Positions 1 through 8,640 of a stretch of 64,000 nucleotides of DNA are shown piece after piece. Each line of letters starts with the position of its first letter. The first letter of the stretch is position 1. The notes beneath the pieces are model-generated. The model searched no databases and was not told the DNA's origin. It saw nothing but the letters and a program-made list of their open reading frames with translations. This stretch comes from Candidatus Omnitrophota bacterium (GTDB lineage: Bacteria; Omnitrophota; Gorgyraeia; Duberdicusellales; 4484-171): the NCBI GenBank assembly GCA_016935525.1, contig JAFGQU010000015.1:4162-68161 (forward strand), in the 5' to 3' direction. The translations under genes and the position numbers were made by a program.

Positions 1-277
1 AAAAACCGTCGGGATATCCTTCCATATCGAAAGGTTCCCATACATCGGAGCCTACGGGATACGTAGAGGTAATATTGTTGAAAAAATCTTCGTCACGATA
101 AGCCCGGGCTTTTATTCCTTCATACGTTGAGGCCACCAGATTGTGCGCGGTAAAAGTATCCCGGGAACGTTCTTCGACCCGCGAGAGGGTAGTCAGCGAG
201 GTATACGTAGCTAACGATACAATAGTAAGAACAAGGGCGCTAATCAGGATCTCGGCAAGAGTGAATGATTTTTTCAT
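1..277 (-). CDS. Prepilin-type N-terminal cleavage/methylation protein (minor pilin), runs off the window edge
   Basis: Manual translation from ATG at 277: MKKSFTLAEILISALVLTIVSLATY..., a class III signal peptide (basic leader, F1, E5, hydrophobic helix). Lies directly downstream of the secretin gene. Not in the ORF track. Confidence 0.85.
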   Translation of the reverse strand, partial: MKKSFTLAEILISALVLTIVSLATYTSLTTLSRVEERSRDTFTAHNLVASTYEGIKARAYRDEDFFNNITSTYPVGSDVWEPFDMEGYPDGF

Positions 278-301
278 TACTGGTTACCGTAATCGGTATC
301 A

Positions 302-1792
302 TTAGTCTATGATTTCAGGCGTTACCGCAATAATAAGCTCTTTTTTATCAGAGGTGTTTCTTTCGTATTTAAACAGGTTCCCCAGCATCGGCAACTTGGA
401 TATAAACGGGAGACTATACACATTCTTTTTATCTTCTTCACTGATCAAGCCACCTAACACAAACGATTGGCCGTTTTGAATACGTACGCTGGCTTTGGCC
501 TCCCGGGTACGTACCCAGGGATATTGATCATCGGGACCCCGCCAGGCATAGATAAAACTCACTTCCGGGGCGACCGTTACTACGACAAAATCCTCTTTGA
601 TAATAGAAGGCGTGATCTTGAGCCTGATCCCGGCTTCGACAAAACGCACCTCGGTACTGGCGACCCCGCCGGTCACCGTGGTAATAGTATACGGTACCCG
701 GTCACCGATGAATATTTCGGCTTCTTTTTCATTCATCGCCGTTACCTGAGGATTAGAAAGGATCCGGGCGCGGTTCTGAGTGACCAGCATCCTCAGGATC
801 GCGGAAAATTTTAACGGATCCCGGGACATACGGAAAAACTTGAACGCCTGGGCCACCGAATCGATCTGATTTTCTCCGGTATTATCTACGGGACGTTTGG
901 TCTCCTGGAAGTTTAGTGTCATCGCATCCGACCAATCAATCCCCAGTTCTTTAAGCGCATCCCGGTCGACTTCGATCACTTTCGCGTTCAACAACACCTG
1001 CGGTTGCGGCCGGTCGAGTTCGGTAATAAGCCTTTCGACTTCCTGGATCTGCATCGGGGTACCGGTCACTACGATCGCATTGATATCCTTATTGAACGTG
1101 ATCTCCTCCACGATACCTTTGAGCATTTTTTCAGCATCCTGGGCGCTGATATTGCTCAACTTGATGACCCGGTTGATCAAGCCCATCTCTTTAATCCGTT
1201 CCTGGAGCGAAATAAACAACGTAGTACCGACGATAGTCGAATCGAGCCCATAGGCATGAAAAAGCACCTGTAACGCTTCCTGAGCGGTGACATCTTTTAT
1301 GTGTAGATCTATCTTTTTCCCTTTCACCATGGGGTCGACTACGATATTGAACTGTTCACCGGCAGCGATGACCCGTAACACATCTTCAATATTTGCGTCG
1401 GTAAAATTGAGATCGACGGTTTTCTGTTGAGGCACATCCGGCACTACTGCCGCTTCTTTTTCTTGAGGGATCTCCTCGGCATTGACACTGGGCAGGACGA
1501 TTTCCGCAGCAGGACCGGGATCTTTTTCATCAAGAAGTTGAGGGGCATCCGGCAAAAAGAGCGATTGTTCGGATTCCAGAAGGTCCAGAGACGGTTGGGG
1601 TTGACTCATCTCCATCTCGATCATCCGCTCAACCCCGCTTTTCTGGAATTGGCGCTGGTGAATGATACTTTGGGATAATTCTTCGGCTTCCCGATAAAGG
1701 CCATCCGGCGGCCGGCAAAATGAATTCTGCATGCCGACGGCGATAACGACCGCACATACCGCTAAGACTAGATAGCTATATTTATATTTCAT
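302..1792 (-). CDS. pilQ: Type IV pilus / T2SS secretin (PilQ/GspD family)
   Basis: STN-like region (VDLNFTDANIEDVL), N domain, C-terminal secretin motifs (QVLLNAKVIEV, EAEIFIGD, VLGGLI, LPFISKLPMLGNLF, ELIIAVTP). Last of the pilM/N-O-P-Q order. Confidence 0.9.
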   Translation of the reverse strand: MKYKYSYLVLAVCAVVIAVGMQNSFCRPPDGLYREAEELSQSIIHQRQFQKSGVERMIEMEMSQPQPSLDLLESEQSLFLPDAPQLLDEKDPGPAAEIVLPSVNAEEIPQEKEAAVVPDVPQQKTVDLNFTDANIEDVLRVIAAGEQFNIVVDPMVKGKKIDLHIKDVTAQEALQVLFHAYGLDSTIVGTTLFISLQERIKEMGLINRVIKLSNISAQDAEKMLKGIVEEITFNKDINAIVVTGTPMQIQEVERLITELDRPQPQVLLNAKVIEVDRDALKELGIDWSDAMTLNFQETKRPVDNTGENQIDSVAQAFKFFRMSRDPLKFSAILRMLVTQNRARILSNPQVTAMNEKEAEIFIGDRVPYTITTVTGGVASTEVRFVEAGIRLKITPSIIKEDFVVVTVAPEVSFIYAWRGPDDQYPWVRTREAKASVRIQNGQSFVLGGLISEEDKKNVYSLPFISKLPMLGNLFKYERNTSDKKELIIAVTPEIID

Positions 1793-2265
1793 TCTTTCTG
1801 CCCTCCTATTATTAAGGTTATAATTTCTTTATCTTTCTCTAATAATACTCGGTCTTCCATGATTTTTTTCACAAGAAAACCTTCAGCATATCCCTGTTCC
1901 TGGACTACATAGGTCTCATCCGGACCCTTAATCAACGCCACCGGAGCATCTCCGCCATAAATCCCCATAAGGGTAAGCGTACCGGCCGCCTCGGGATCTC
2001 CTCCGGTACCCATAAAGGTATGCATATCCTTAAACAACGGCCGGAACGGATCCCGGGCAAAGGTGATCTCGGCCGGCGGAGTCCGGATAATCGCCTCAGC
2101 AAGAGACACATCCTGGATATAAGACGGTTTCTCGGTTTTCATATCTTTTTTCGATGATCTTTTCTTGAAAGACAGTTTCCGGCCGATCTGATCACAGCCG
2201 CAAAAACTCAACAGACTGCCGATAATGATCCCGACCACACAACAGGATAGGATATTTTTATTCAT
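1789..2265 (-). CDS. PilP-like pilus assembly lipoprotein
   Basis: Signal peptide with lipobox-like FCGC, an RDPF-P motif and a short beta domain (LTLMGI...ALI). Sits between pilO and pilQ. Confidence 0.7.
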   Translation of the reverse strand: MNKNILSCCVVGIIIGSLLSFCGCDQIGRKLSFKKRSSKKDMKTEKPSYIQDVSLAEAIIRTPPAEITFARDPFRPLFKDMHTFMGTGGDPEAAGTLTLMGIYGGDAPVALIKGPDETYVVQEQGYAEGFLVKKIMEDRVLLEKDKEIITLIIGGQKE

Positions 2266-2894
2266 GGCTGGACCTCATTTTGCCCTTTTTTAATCAAACT
2301 ATATAGATCTAAATCAAAACTTGATTCAAGGACCGGATACTCTTTTTCGGCAATCACCACGTTACTCACACTCAAAAGCTGACGATGTTCCTGCAACGAC
2401 AAAAGAAACTGGATAATATTTTCGAAAGACCCTTTTATCTTGATGCGAAACGGTGACGACCCTAACGTCAAAGAATCCTGTTGCAATGACGGTTGCTGGC
2501 GGGAAGCGATTTTTTGCTTGCTTTGCCGGATACGGCCGCCGTCAATATCAACGATCTGAGGAGATAACGCTTTTATTTCGATAATGTGAGCATGGAAACG
2601 ATCGGAAGCCGAAGAGATGCCTTCTAAAAAAAGCGGGATATCTTTATCCTGAAAAAGGATCTCCTCGAAACGGGAAATATCGGCCGCATATTGACGGAGA
2701 AACACATCTAACTCGCCGATATCTCGTTGCAACTCTCCTACCCGCTGGCGTTGCGGGAGAAGTTGTTCCTGGACTTTCATATATTCCATATAAAAATATA
2801 CTCCTCCGGCCACAAACGCAGCAGTACACACCACACAGACAAAAAACGTGAGTAATTTAATCGATTTCGTCGATACGGTTTTTCTTTGCATCAA
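2262..2894 (-). CDS. pilO: Type IV pilus assembly protein PilO
   Basis: N-terminal TM helix, coiled coil, DIPLFLEGI and IKGSFENIIQFL...RQLLSV motifs typical of PilO; operon position. Confidence 0.8.
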   Translation of the reverse strand: MMQRKTVSTKSIKLLTFFVCVVCTAAFVAGGVYFYMEYMKVQEQLLPQRQRVGELQRDIGELDVFLRQYAADISRFEEILFQDKDIPLFLEGISSASDRFHAHIIEIKALSPQIVDIDGGRIRQSKQKIASRQQPSLQQDSLTLGSSPFRIKIKGSFENIIQFLLSLQEHRQLLSVSNVVIAEKEYPVLESSFDLDLYSLIKKGQNEVQP

Positions 2895-4408
2895 TCAGTC
2901 CTTTTTTGACCAGACCGATCACTCATACCGGGGATATCCTGAACGATCCGGACTTTCATCTGCATCCCGAACTCCACAAAATCCTCTCCCTCTACTTGAC
3001 GTTCTTTGGTAAAATCGAGTTTTACTTCACTGAAATATCCGGTCTTCTTGAGCGCCCTCATGAAATCAGCCAGCGTATCCAAATAAAAGCTCTTCCCTTC
3101 TATTTTACATTCTCCTTCCCGGCTGAACATAAACGACCCGAGCCAGACCCCTTGAGGGATATTCTCGGCTACGGTCGCAAACGTCTTGGCCCAGGAACGT
3201 CGGTTTAAATTACTGATGACGGTCGCCTGTTTTAATATATTTTCTTTTAATTGTTCATATTGAGCCCGATCGGCACGGAGTTTATCGGTACGTTTTTCCA
3301 ACTCTTCTATCTGACGGGCAAGCCCTTGCTGATATGTATTCAAAGAATTTACCCGCTGGGAGAAGAAAAACATCAATCTTCCGCCTAACAGCAACGTACA
3401 GACCAGATATATAACGCCGAACGTGATGATTTTACGCTGATACTGGCCGGTTTTTTTCTTATTCCAGATCCGCTGAAGGTTGAACCCGTGATGAGCGTTA
3501 CTGGCCAAAGCCATCCCTACCAGAGGGACATAGGTCTGGTTTAATTTAAGGAAATTACGTTTTTTAGAAAAAGTGGTAGTCTTAGATAACTCTAAAGGCA
3601 ACACCTCTTGAGAGAGAAACGCTCCCAGACGTTTCTCAAGATTCGGGGCCCGTTCATTATCCCATACAATGTACATCTGAGGGAACGCGGAATGTTGTTC
3701 TACTTCATAGTACTTAAGGATCCGGCGGATTTCTTCTAACCACAATTTCAATGCCGGTTCATTCAACATACTGGTCTTACTTTGCAGAAGGTCGTTTGTT
3801 CCGGAATTCGCCAGATAGATCCGCTGACAGATCGTGTCGCGCATAATAAGCAGATACGTGATCTGTTGGCAGACGACAAGCACTCCGACATCTTTACCGG
3901 CAGAAAGCCCTTCCGATAAAGAAAGTACGCTTAACGGCACCACATCAAAACCCTGGATAGCACAGCCGGCCGCTTTTAATATCCCTAACGGTACGGCAAA
4001 CACACTTTCCGGTATGGCCAGCGAAAGGACATATACTTTATCTTCTCCGGGCGGCTGATATCTCTGATAACTGTAGTGATATTCCTCGGCGGCAAACCGG
4101 GGTACCCGTTCTATTTCATTCTTTATCGCTTCATGGACTTCTTGAGTCGGCATCACCGGGAGAGTAAGTTCCTGGAACACGATATCCCCGTGACAAATAG
4201 AAAAATATACCTGTCCTAAAGGGATATGATGCTGCCGGAAAAAATCAGTAAGCAGAGAGGCTACCTTTTCGGAATTTTCTTCGTTGAACACATCGCAATC
4301 CGCCTCAAGCGTATGAGCCTGGGTAACGATAAGATTACTGCCTTTTTTCTGCAGACATACGCACTTGATCGTAGTACGACTGAATTCTAAATTGACAATC
4401 ACACTCAT
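2891..4408 (-). CDS. Fused PilM (actin-like) - PilN type IV pilus alignment protein
   Basis: N-terminal PilM-like region (VNLEFSRTTIKCV, ELTLPVMP...EAI), one TM helix near residue 330-350, coiled coil, then PilN domain (IPQGVWLGS...IEG...LADFMRALKKTGYFSEV). Confidence 0.8.
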   Translation of the reverse strand: MSVIVNLEFSRTTIKCVCLQKKGSNLIVTQAHTLEADCDVFNEENSEKVASLLTDFFRQHHIPLGQVYFSICHGDIVFQELTLPVMPTQEVHEAIKNEIERVPRFAAEEYHYSYQRYQPPGEDKVYVLSLAIPESVFAVPLGILKAAGCAIQGFDVVPLSVLSLSEGLSAGKDVGVLVVCQQITYLLIMRDTICQRIYLANSGTNDLLQSKTSMLNEPALKLWLEEIRRILKYYEVEQHSAFPQMYIVWDNERAPNLEKRLGAFLSQEVLPLELSKTTTFSKKRNFLKLNQTYVPLVGMALASNAHHGFNLQRIWNKKKTGQYQRKIITFGVIYLVCTLLLGGRLMFFFSQRVNSLNTYQQGLARQIEELEKRTDKLRADRAQYEQLKENILKQATVISNLNRRSWAKTFATVAENIPQGVWLGSFMFSREGECKIEGKSFYLDTLADFMRALKKTGYFSEVKLDFTKERQVEGEDFVEFGMQMKVRIVQDIPGMSDRSGQKRTD

Positions 4409-4411
4409 AAT

Positions 4412-4783
4412 TTACTCATGGGTATTCGGCCAATTATCACTGGCAAAATGTCCGCTACGGGAAGCACGGTAACCGTTCGTCGTATCGCCTTCCAACGCGT
4501 AATCGACGCCAAACGGACATACCAATTCATCGCCTTCGCCGTCGCCGTCTTCATCAGGCAGATACTGGCTTAATTCTGTAAGGCTGCTGCATTCATCCCA
4601 ATTACGGGTTTCGGAAAAACACATATGGGCCGCAGTATCGATAGTCCGGATATTTGACGCGCATTGCCGGGTATTTGCCTGACGAATAGCTCTGAGAGCA
4701 TTGGGAATAATCATGGTCAATAATATCCCGACAATGACCAATACCACCAAAAGTTCAATGAGCGTAAACCCTTTTTTCTTCAT
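4412..4783 (-). CDS. Type IVa pilin, probable major pilin (123 aa)
   Basis: MKKKG|FTLIELLVVLVIVGIL class III signal. Start reassigned to ATG 4783, which has a strong AGGAGG RBS; the ORF track extends it to 4894. Confidence 0.9.
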   Translation of the reverse strand: MKKKGFTLIELLVVLVIVGILLTMIIPNALRAIRQANTRQCASNIRTIDTAAHMCFSETRNWDECSSLTELSQYLPDEDGDGEGDELVCPFGVDYALEGDTTNGYRASRSGHFASDNWPNTHE

Positions 4784-4923
4784 CGTTCCTCCTTTTTTTA
4801 AGAGATGTATACCGTAGCTACAACCCCTCATATGTAGCATATCCTCCTGAGCTTTATCAATGGCCAGAGTAACCTTTTGTTTTACGGACCTCAAGGTACA
4901 TTTTCCCTTTTTTTCAAAACAGT

Positions 4924-6126
4924 TTATCCTTCCAGCCTCCCCCAGAGAGTGAATACCGGAGAATATAATGCGATCAAAATCGCCGCGACGATGATACCGA
5001 TCAACACAATCGCAATAGGTTCAACCATGGTCACGAATTTATTAATACGATAATCGACTTCTTCATCCATGTGGACACCTACTATCTTGAGCATATCCCC
5101 CAATGTCCCGCTCTCCTCCCCGATCGCGATCATCTCGGTCAGAAAAGAAGGGAAAAATTTTGTCGCCGCCATCGCTTCGCTTAAACTGCCTCCGTGAATG
5201 ATCTTTTCTTTAATATAATCGAACTTAGCTTCTATCACTTTATTCGCGGCACTTTTTTTAGCACTCTCGATACTATACACCAAAGGCACTCCTCCGACAA
5301 CAAGAAGAGAGAAGGCATAGGTAAACCGCGCCAACGCCGCGGTGAGTATCAAGTCTCCGATAATAGGGATCTGAAGTTTACAGACATCGATCCGGTACCG
5401 TCCCGATTCGGTCCGGTCATACCGCCGATACCAGAAGATCATCACGATGGCGATAACCGGGATCGACCACCAACAGGTACGGAAAAAATCCGATACGGCA
5501 AGAATCCCTTGAGTAAACAGCGGCAGAGAGACATTCAATTTTGCAAACACCCCACGGAATACCGGTACGACAAAAAACATCATCAGCACAAACACAAATA
5601 CCGCGATCCCTAAGATGATCGTCGGATAGGTCAACGCTTTTTTCATCCGCATCTGCAATTCGCGCTGCCGTTCAAGAAACACTACGATTTTCTTTAAAAT
5701 CTCCGCAAGAACTCCGCCGCGTTCGGCAACCTCAATAAGATTAATATATATAGGAGAAAAGACCTCGGGAAATCGCTTAAGCGCCGTCGAAAGGGATGCC
5801 CCTTTTTCCAGATCATTTTCTATCTCGCTGATCACCAACTGCATGCCTTTATCTTCGGTCTGTTCCCACAGGATATGCAGACAACGCAAGATCGGGATCC
5901 CGGCACTGATCATCGAACTCAGTTTATGAGAAAACAGGATGACCGCATCCAGCGGGATCTTTTGCCCGATCCAGGATATCTGTGTAGGGAATTTTTTGAC
6001 ATAGACTACGAAATACCCGTAATCAGACAGCCGGCGCACAAGGGCCCGTTTATCTTCGGCCTCAAGCGTCCCGGTAAGCAATTTTCCCTGACGGTCTCTT
6101 ACCTTATAAATGAATTTAGTCATCAT
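4924..6126 (-). CDS. pilC: Type IV pilus platform protein PilC (GspF family)
   Basis: Two T2SSF domains (LSSMISAGIPIL, AERGGVL, IGEESGTL), ALTYP and EP motifs. Confidence 0.95.
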   Translation of the reverse strand: MMTKFIYKVRDRQGKLLTGTLEAEDKRALVRRLSDYGYFVVYVKKFPTQISWIGQKIPLDAVILFSHKLSSMISAGIPILRCLHILWEQTEDKGMQLVISEIENDLEKGASLSTALKRFPEVFSPIYINLIEVAERGGVLAEILKKIVVFLERQRELQMRMKKALTYPTIILGIAVFVFVLMMFFVVPVFRGVFAKLNVSLPLFTQGILAVSDFFRTCWWSIPVIAIVMIFWYRRYDRTESGRYRIDVCKLQIPIIGDLILTAALARFTYAFSLLVVGGVPLVYSIESAKKSAANKVIEAKFDYIKEKIIHGGSLSEAMAATKFFPSFLTEMIAIGEESGTLGDMLKIVGVHMDEEVDYRINKFVTMVEPIAIVLIGIIVAAILIALYSPVFTLWGRLEG

Positions 6127-7829
6127 TAAATCCTTTTCACGAATGCGACCCGCATCACTTCTTCAATGGTCGTGTTTTTTTCCAGCACTTTCTTTAAACC
6201 GCTGGCCTGTAACGTCCGCATGCCCTGGGCGAGGGCGACATCGGAAATCTCTTGTTCGGTAGCCCGGCGCAACACCAGGTCCCTGATCTCCTGAGTGATC
6301 GGCATAATCTCATAAATAGCCGTCCGGCCACGGTACCCTATACCGTTACAATGATCGCACCCTTTGCCTTTGACACATTTTGCCTCGGCGATATTCGGCA
6401 GAAGGTCGGCAATATCCTTCTTTATATCACCGGGGATAGCGATTTCTTCGGCGCAATGGTCACACACTTTTCTCACCAACCGTTGAGCGATGACCGCAAT
6501 CACCGAAGAACTGATGAGAAAAGGTTCAATATTCATATTTAACAGGCGGATAATCGCCGAAGGAGCGTTATTGGTATGAAGAGTCGAAAACACCAGATGC
6601 CCGGTAAGCGCCGCCTGGATGGCGATCTCGGCAGTTTCAACATCACGGATCTCTCCGATCATAACGATATCGGGATCCTGACGCAGGATATGACGCATCC
6701 CGGTAGCAAACGTATAGTTAGCCCGGACATTGACCGCAGTCTGGTTCACCCCTTCCAACTCGTATTCAATGGGATCTTCGACCGTGACGATATTACGAGT
6801 CGTATCATTCAGTTTATTCAATACCGAATAGAGCGTAGTGGTCTTCCCCGAACCGGTCGGACCGGTCACCAGGATAATACCGTAAGGATAAGAAATCAGT
6901 TTTTCGACAATATCCCGTTCCTGCTCGTCAAGGCCTAACGAACCTAAATGAATACGAATACTCTTTTTATCTAAGATACGTAACACTACCTTTTCCCCAT
7001 AAATATCCGGAAGCGTAGATACCCGGATATCATATTCCCGATCGCCGATCATCAATCCTATCCGTCCGTCCTGAGGACGACGCCGTTCGGCGATATCCAT
7101 CCCGGCCATGATCTTGATCCGGGATGTCACCGGGGGTTGTAACCCTTTGGGAACGGTAAATTTCTCATACAGCAACCCGTCAATACGATACCTCACCCGT
7201 ACCCGTTCCCGTTGCGGCTCAAAATGGATATCGGAAGATTCCGATTTAATCGCCTCGGATATTATGGAATTCACTAACTTGACCACCGGAGCTTCTTTGA
7301 CTGCGACCTGAAGGTCCTGAAGGCTCATCTCTTTTTCTCCGGTATCGCCTCTTTTTTCAGTCACGATCTCATGCAGAGCGTCTTCCATATGCTGGAGCGG
7401 GCCGAAACATTTATTAATACAGGTCTCGATTTCTTCCGGAGTCGCCAATACCGGCACGATCTTATATCCACTGAGATACTTTAACCGTTGCAACATATTA
7501 ATATCAAGCGGATCGGTAATAGCTACCGTGAGGGTATCGTCTTTGAGTTTTACCGGTACGATCTTCCATTCGCGCATTTTTTCCGGGAAGAAAATACTGA
7601 CTAATGAGGTATCGACCGATCCTTCGTCTAAATTTACGCACTCCAGGTTGAACTGCTGGGCTAACGCTTCGATCACCTGGCGCTGGGTAGCAAATTCCTG
7701 TTCGATCAATATACTCCCCAGCCGTTGAGAAGTATTTTTTTGGCGTTTTAATGCCGCCACTAACTGTTCTTCGGTGATGATCCCTTTTTTTACTAAATAT
7801 TTTCCGATATTATCCCGTTCTTCGGTCAT
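6126..7829 (-). CDS. pilB: Type IV pilus extension ATPase PilB (GspE/PulE family) with N-terminal MshEN domain
   Basis: Walker A GPTGSGKTT, LRQDPD-GEIRD, His box GHLVFSTLH, Zn CxxC pairs. Start reassigned to ATG 7829 (AGGAG RBS). Tandem xxGxxLxxxG...LxxQ / RLGxxL...LxxQ repeats at the N-terminus. Confidence 0.95.
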   Translation of the reverse strand: MTEERDNIGKYLVKKGIITEEQLVAALKRQKNTSQRLGSILIEQEFATQRQVIEALAQQFNLECVNLDEGSVDTSLVSIFFPEKMREWKIVPVKLKDDTLTVAITDPLDINMLQRLKYLSGYKIVPVLATPEEIETCINKCFGPLQHMEDALHEIVTEKRGDTGEKEMSLQDLQVAVKEAPVVKLVNSIISEAIKSESSDIHFEPQRERVRVRYRIDGLLYEKFTVPKGLQPPVTSRIKIMAGMDIAERRRPQDGRIGLMIGDREYDIRVSTLPDIYGEKVVLRILDKKSIRIHLGSLGLDEQERDIVEKLISYPYGIILVTGPTGSGKTTTLYSVLNKLNDTTRNIVTVEDPIEYELEGVNQTAVNVRANYTFATGMRHILRQDPDIVMIGEIRDVETAEIAIQAALTGHLVFSTLHTNNAPSAIIRLLNMNIEPFLISSSVIAVIAQRLVRKVCDHCAEEIAIPGDIKKDIADLLPNIAEAKCVKGKGCDHCNGIGYRGRTAIYEIMPITQEIRDLVLRRATEQEISDVALAQGMRTLQASGLKKVLEKNTTIEEVMRVAFVKRI

Positions 7830-7854
7830 CGTCACTCCTGGCGCACGCGCCGGT

Positions 7855-8220
7855 TTATAGTCGATGGGTATTCTCAAGCCACATTCTGTAGGCATATTCG
7901 AGAATATCGCTTTTAGTAGTCTTATCGATCGAAATTATTCTTAACCCCATTTCCCAATGATCGTCTTTTGACTGTTTCCAGATGATCTCGCCTTTAGCCG
8001 GGATCAACACCCCTTTACCGGGAAGCGAGATCCTTAGATCGACTTCTTCCTTTTCATTAAGCACATCTTCATTTACCACCAGGCGCATCCCATTACGAGA
8101 GACATCGGTAATCCTCCCCTTTTCCGATAGATGCCCTTTATTATCCACAGCGACCTCGACTGCCAGAGGAATCTCAAAACGGATATATTTCCTTTTTTCA
8201 TCGGTTCTTTCGGCAGGCAT
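7855..8220 (-). CDS. Stand-alone PilZ domain protein (c-di-GMP receptor motifs intact)
   Basis: RKYIR (RxxxR) and DVSRNG (D/NxSxxG) motifs, followed by a beta-barrel pattern. Confidence 0.9.
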   Translation of the reverse strand: MPAERTDEKRKYIRFEIPLAVEVAVDNKGHLSEKGRITDVSRNGMRLVVNEDVLNEKEEVDLRISLPGKGVLIPAKGEIIWKQSKDDHWEMGLRIISIDKTTKSDILEYAYRMWLENTHRL

Positions 8221-8228
8221 AATTCCTT

Positions 8229-8417
8229 TTACCCCTCCCCTTCACAGATTCGTTTTAATCGTCTCACATCTTCCTCAGTGTACTGCCGCCATTTGTTAAT
8301 GGGATTACGTTTAGAACGCGGGAAGATACCTTTTTTCTCATACCGTAAGATCGTTGATTTAGAAATTCCCAATTCTTCGGCGACCCGTTCTATAGTATAT
8401 CGCTGTTTTTTCGTCAT
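8229..8417 (-). CDS. Small MerR-family winged HTH protein without effector domain (BldC-like, 62 aa)
   Basis: YTIERVAEELGISKSTILRYEKKG...R...WRQYTEEDVRRL is the MerR HTH signature; there is no C-terminal coiled-coil or sensor domain. Confidence 0.88.
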   Translation of the reverse strand: MTKKQRYTIERVAEELGISKSTILRYEKKGIFPRSKRNPINKWRQYTEEDVRRLKRICEGEG

Positions 8418-8459
8418 CTGAACTATCCTGCTATAGTTTGACTATATCTGAACAACTAT

Positions 8460-8489
8460 AGTTTATCTTAAAATAGGATGAGCCGTCAA
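8460..8489 (-). promoter_or_regulatory. Putative sigma70 promoter of the HTH-PilZ-pilus operon
   Basis: TTGACG-N18-TAAACT on the minus strand, with the -10 ending 42 nt upstream of the HTH start. Confidence 0.55.
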
Positions 8490-8640
8490 GACATATCTTT
8501 ACAAAAAAACCCTTTATTTCCCATATTTTGGGGTAGACCGATATACCCCCTACATATTGCCGAAACGCTTATTTTAGCTTGTAAATATTAGCTTTTTAAA
8601 AGGGCCGGGAAGGAAAAAGGAAGGTTTTCTCACCCAGTAA

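Noticed and set aside
4784-4894. 37-aa N-terminal extension of the pilin in the ORF track (would imply a type IVb-like long leader)
   Set aside because: A strong AGGAGG precedes ATG 4783, giving a canonical short type IVa leader MKKKG.
8141-8149. Perfect DnaA box TTATCCACA (another at 24086-24094)
   Set aside because: Isolated copies inside coding regions, with no cluster or unwinding element, so not an origin.
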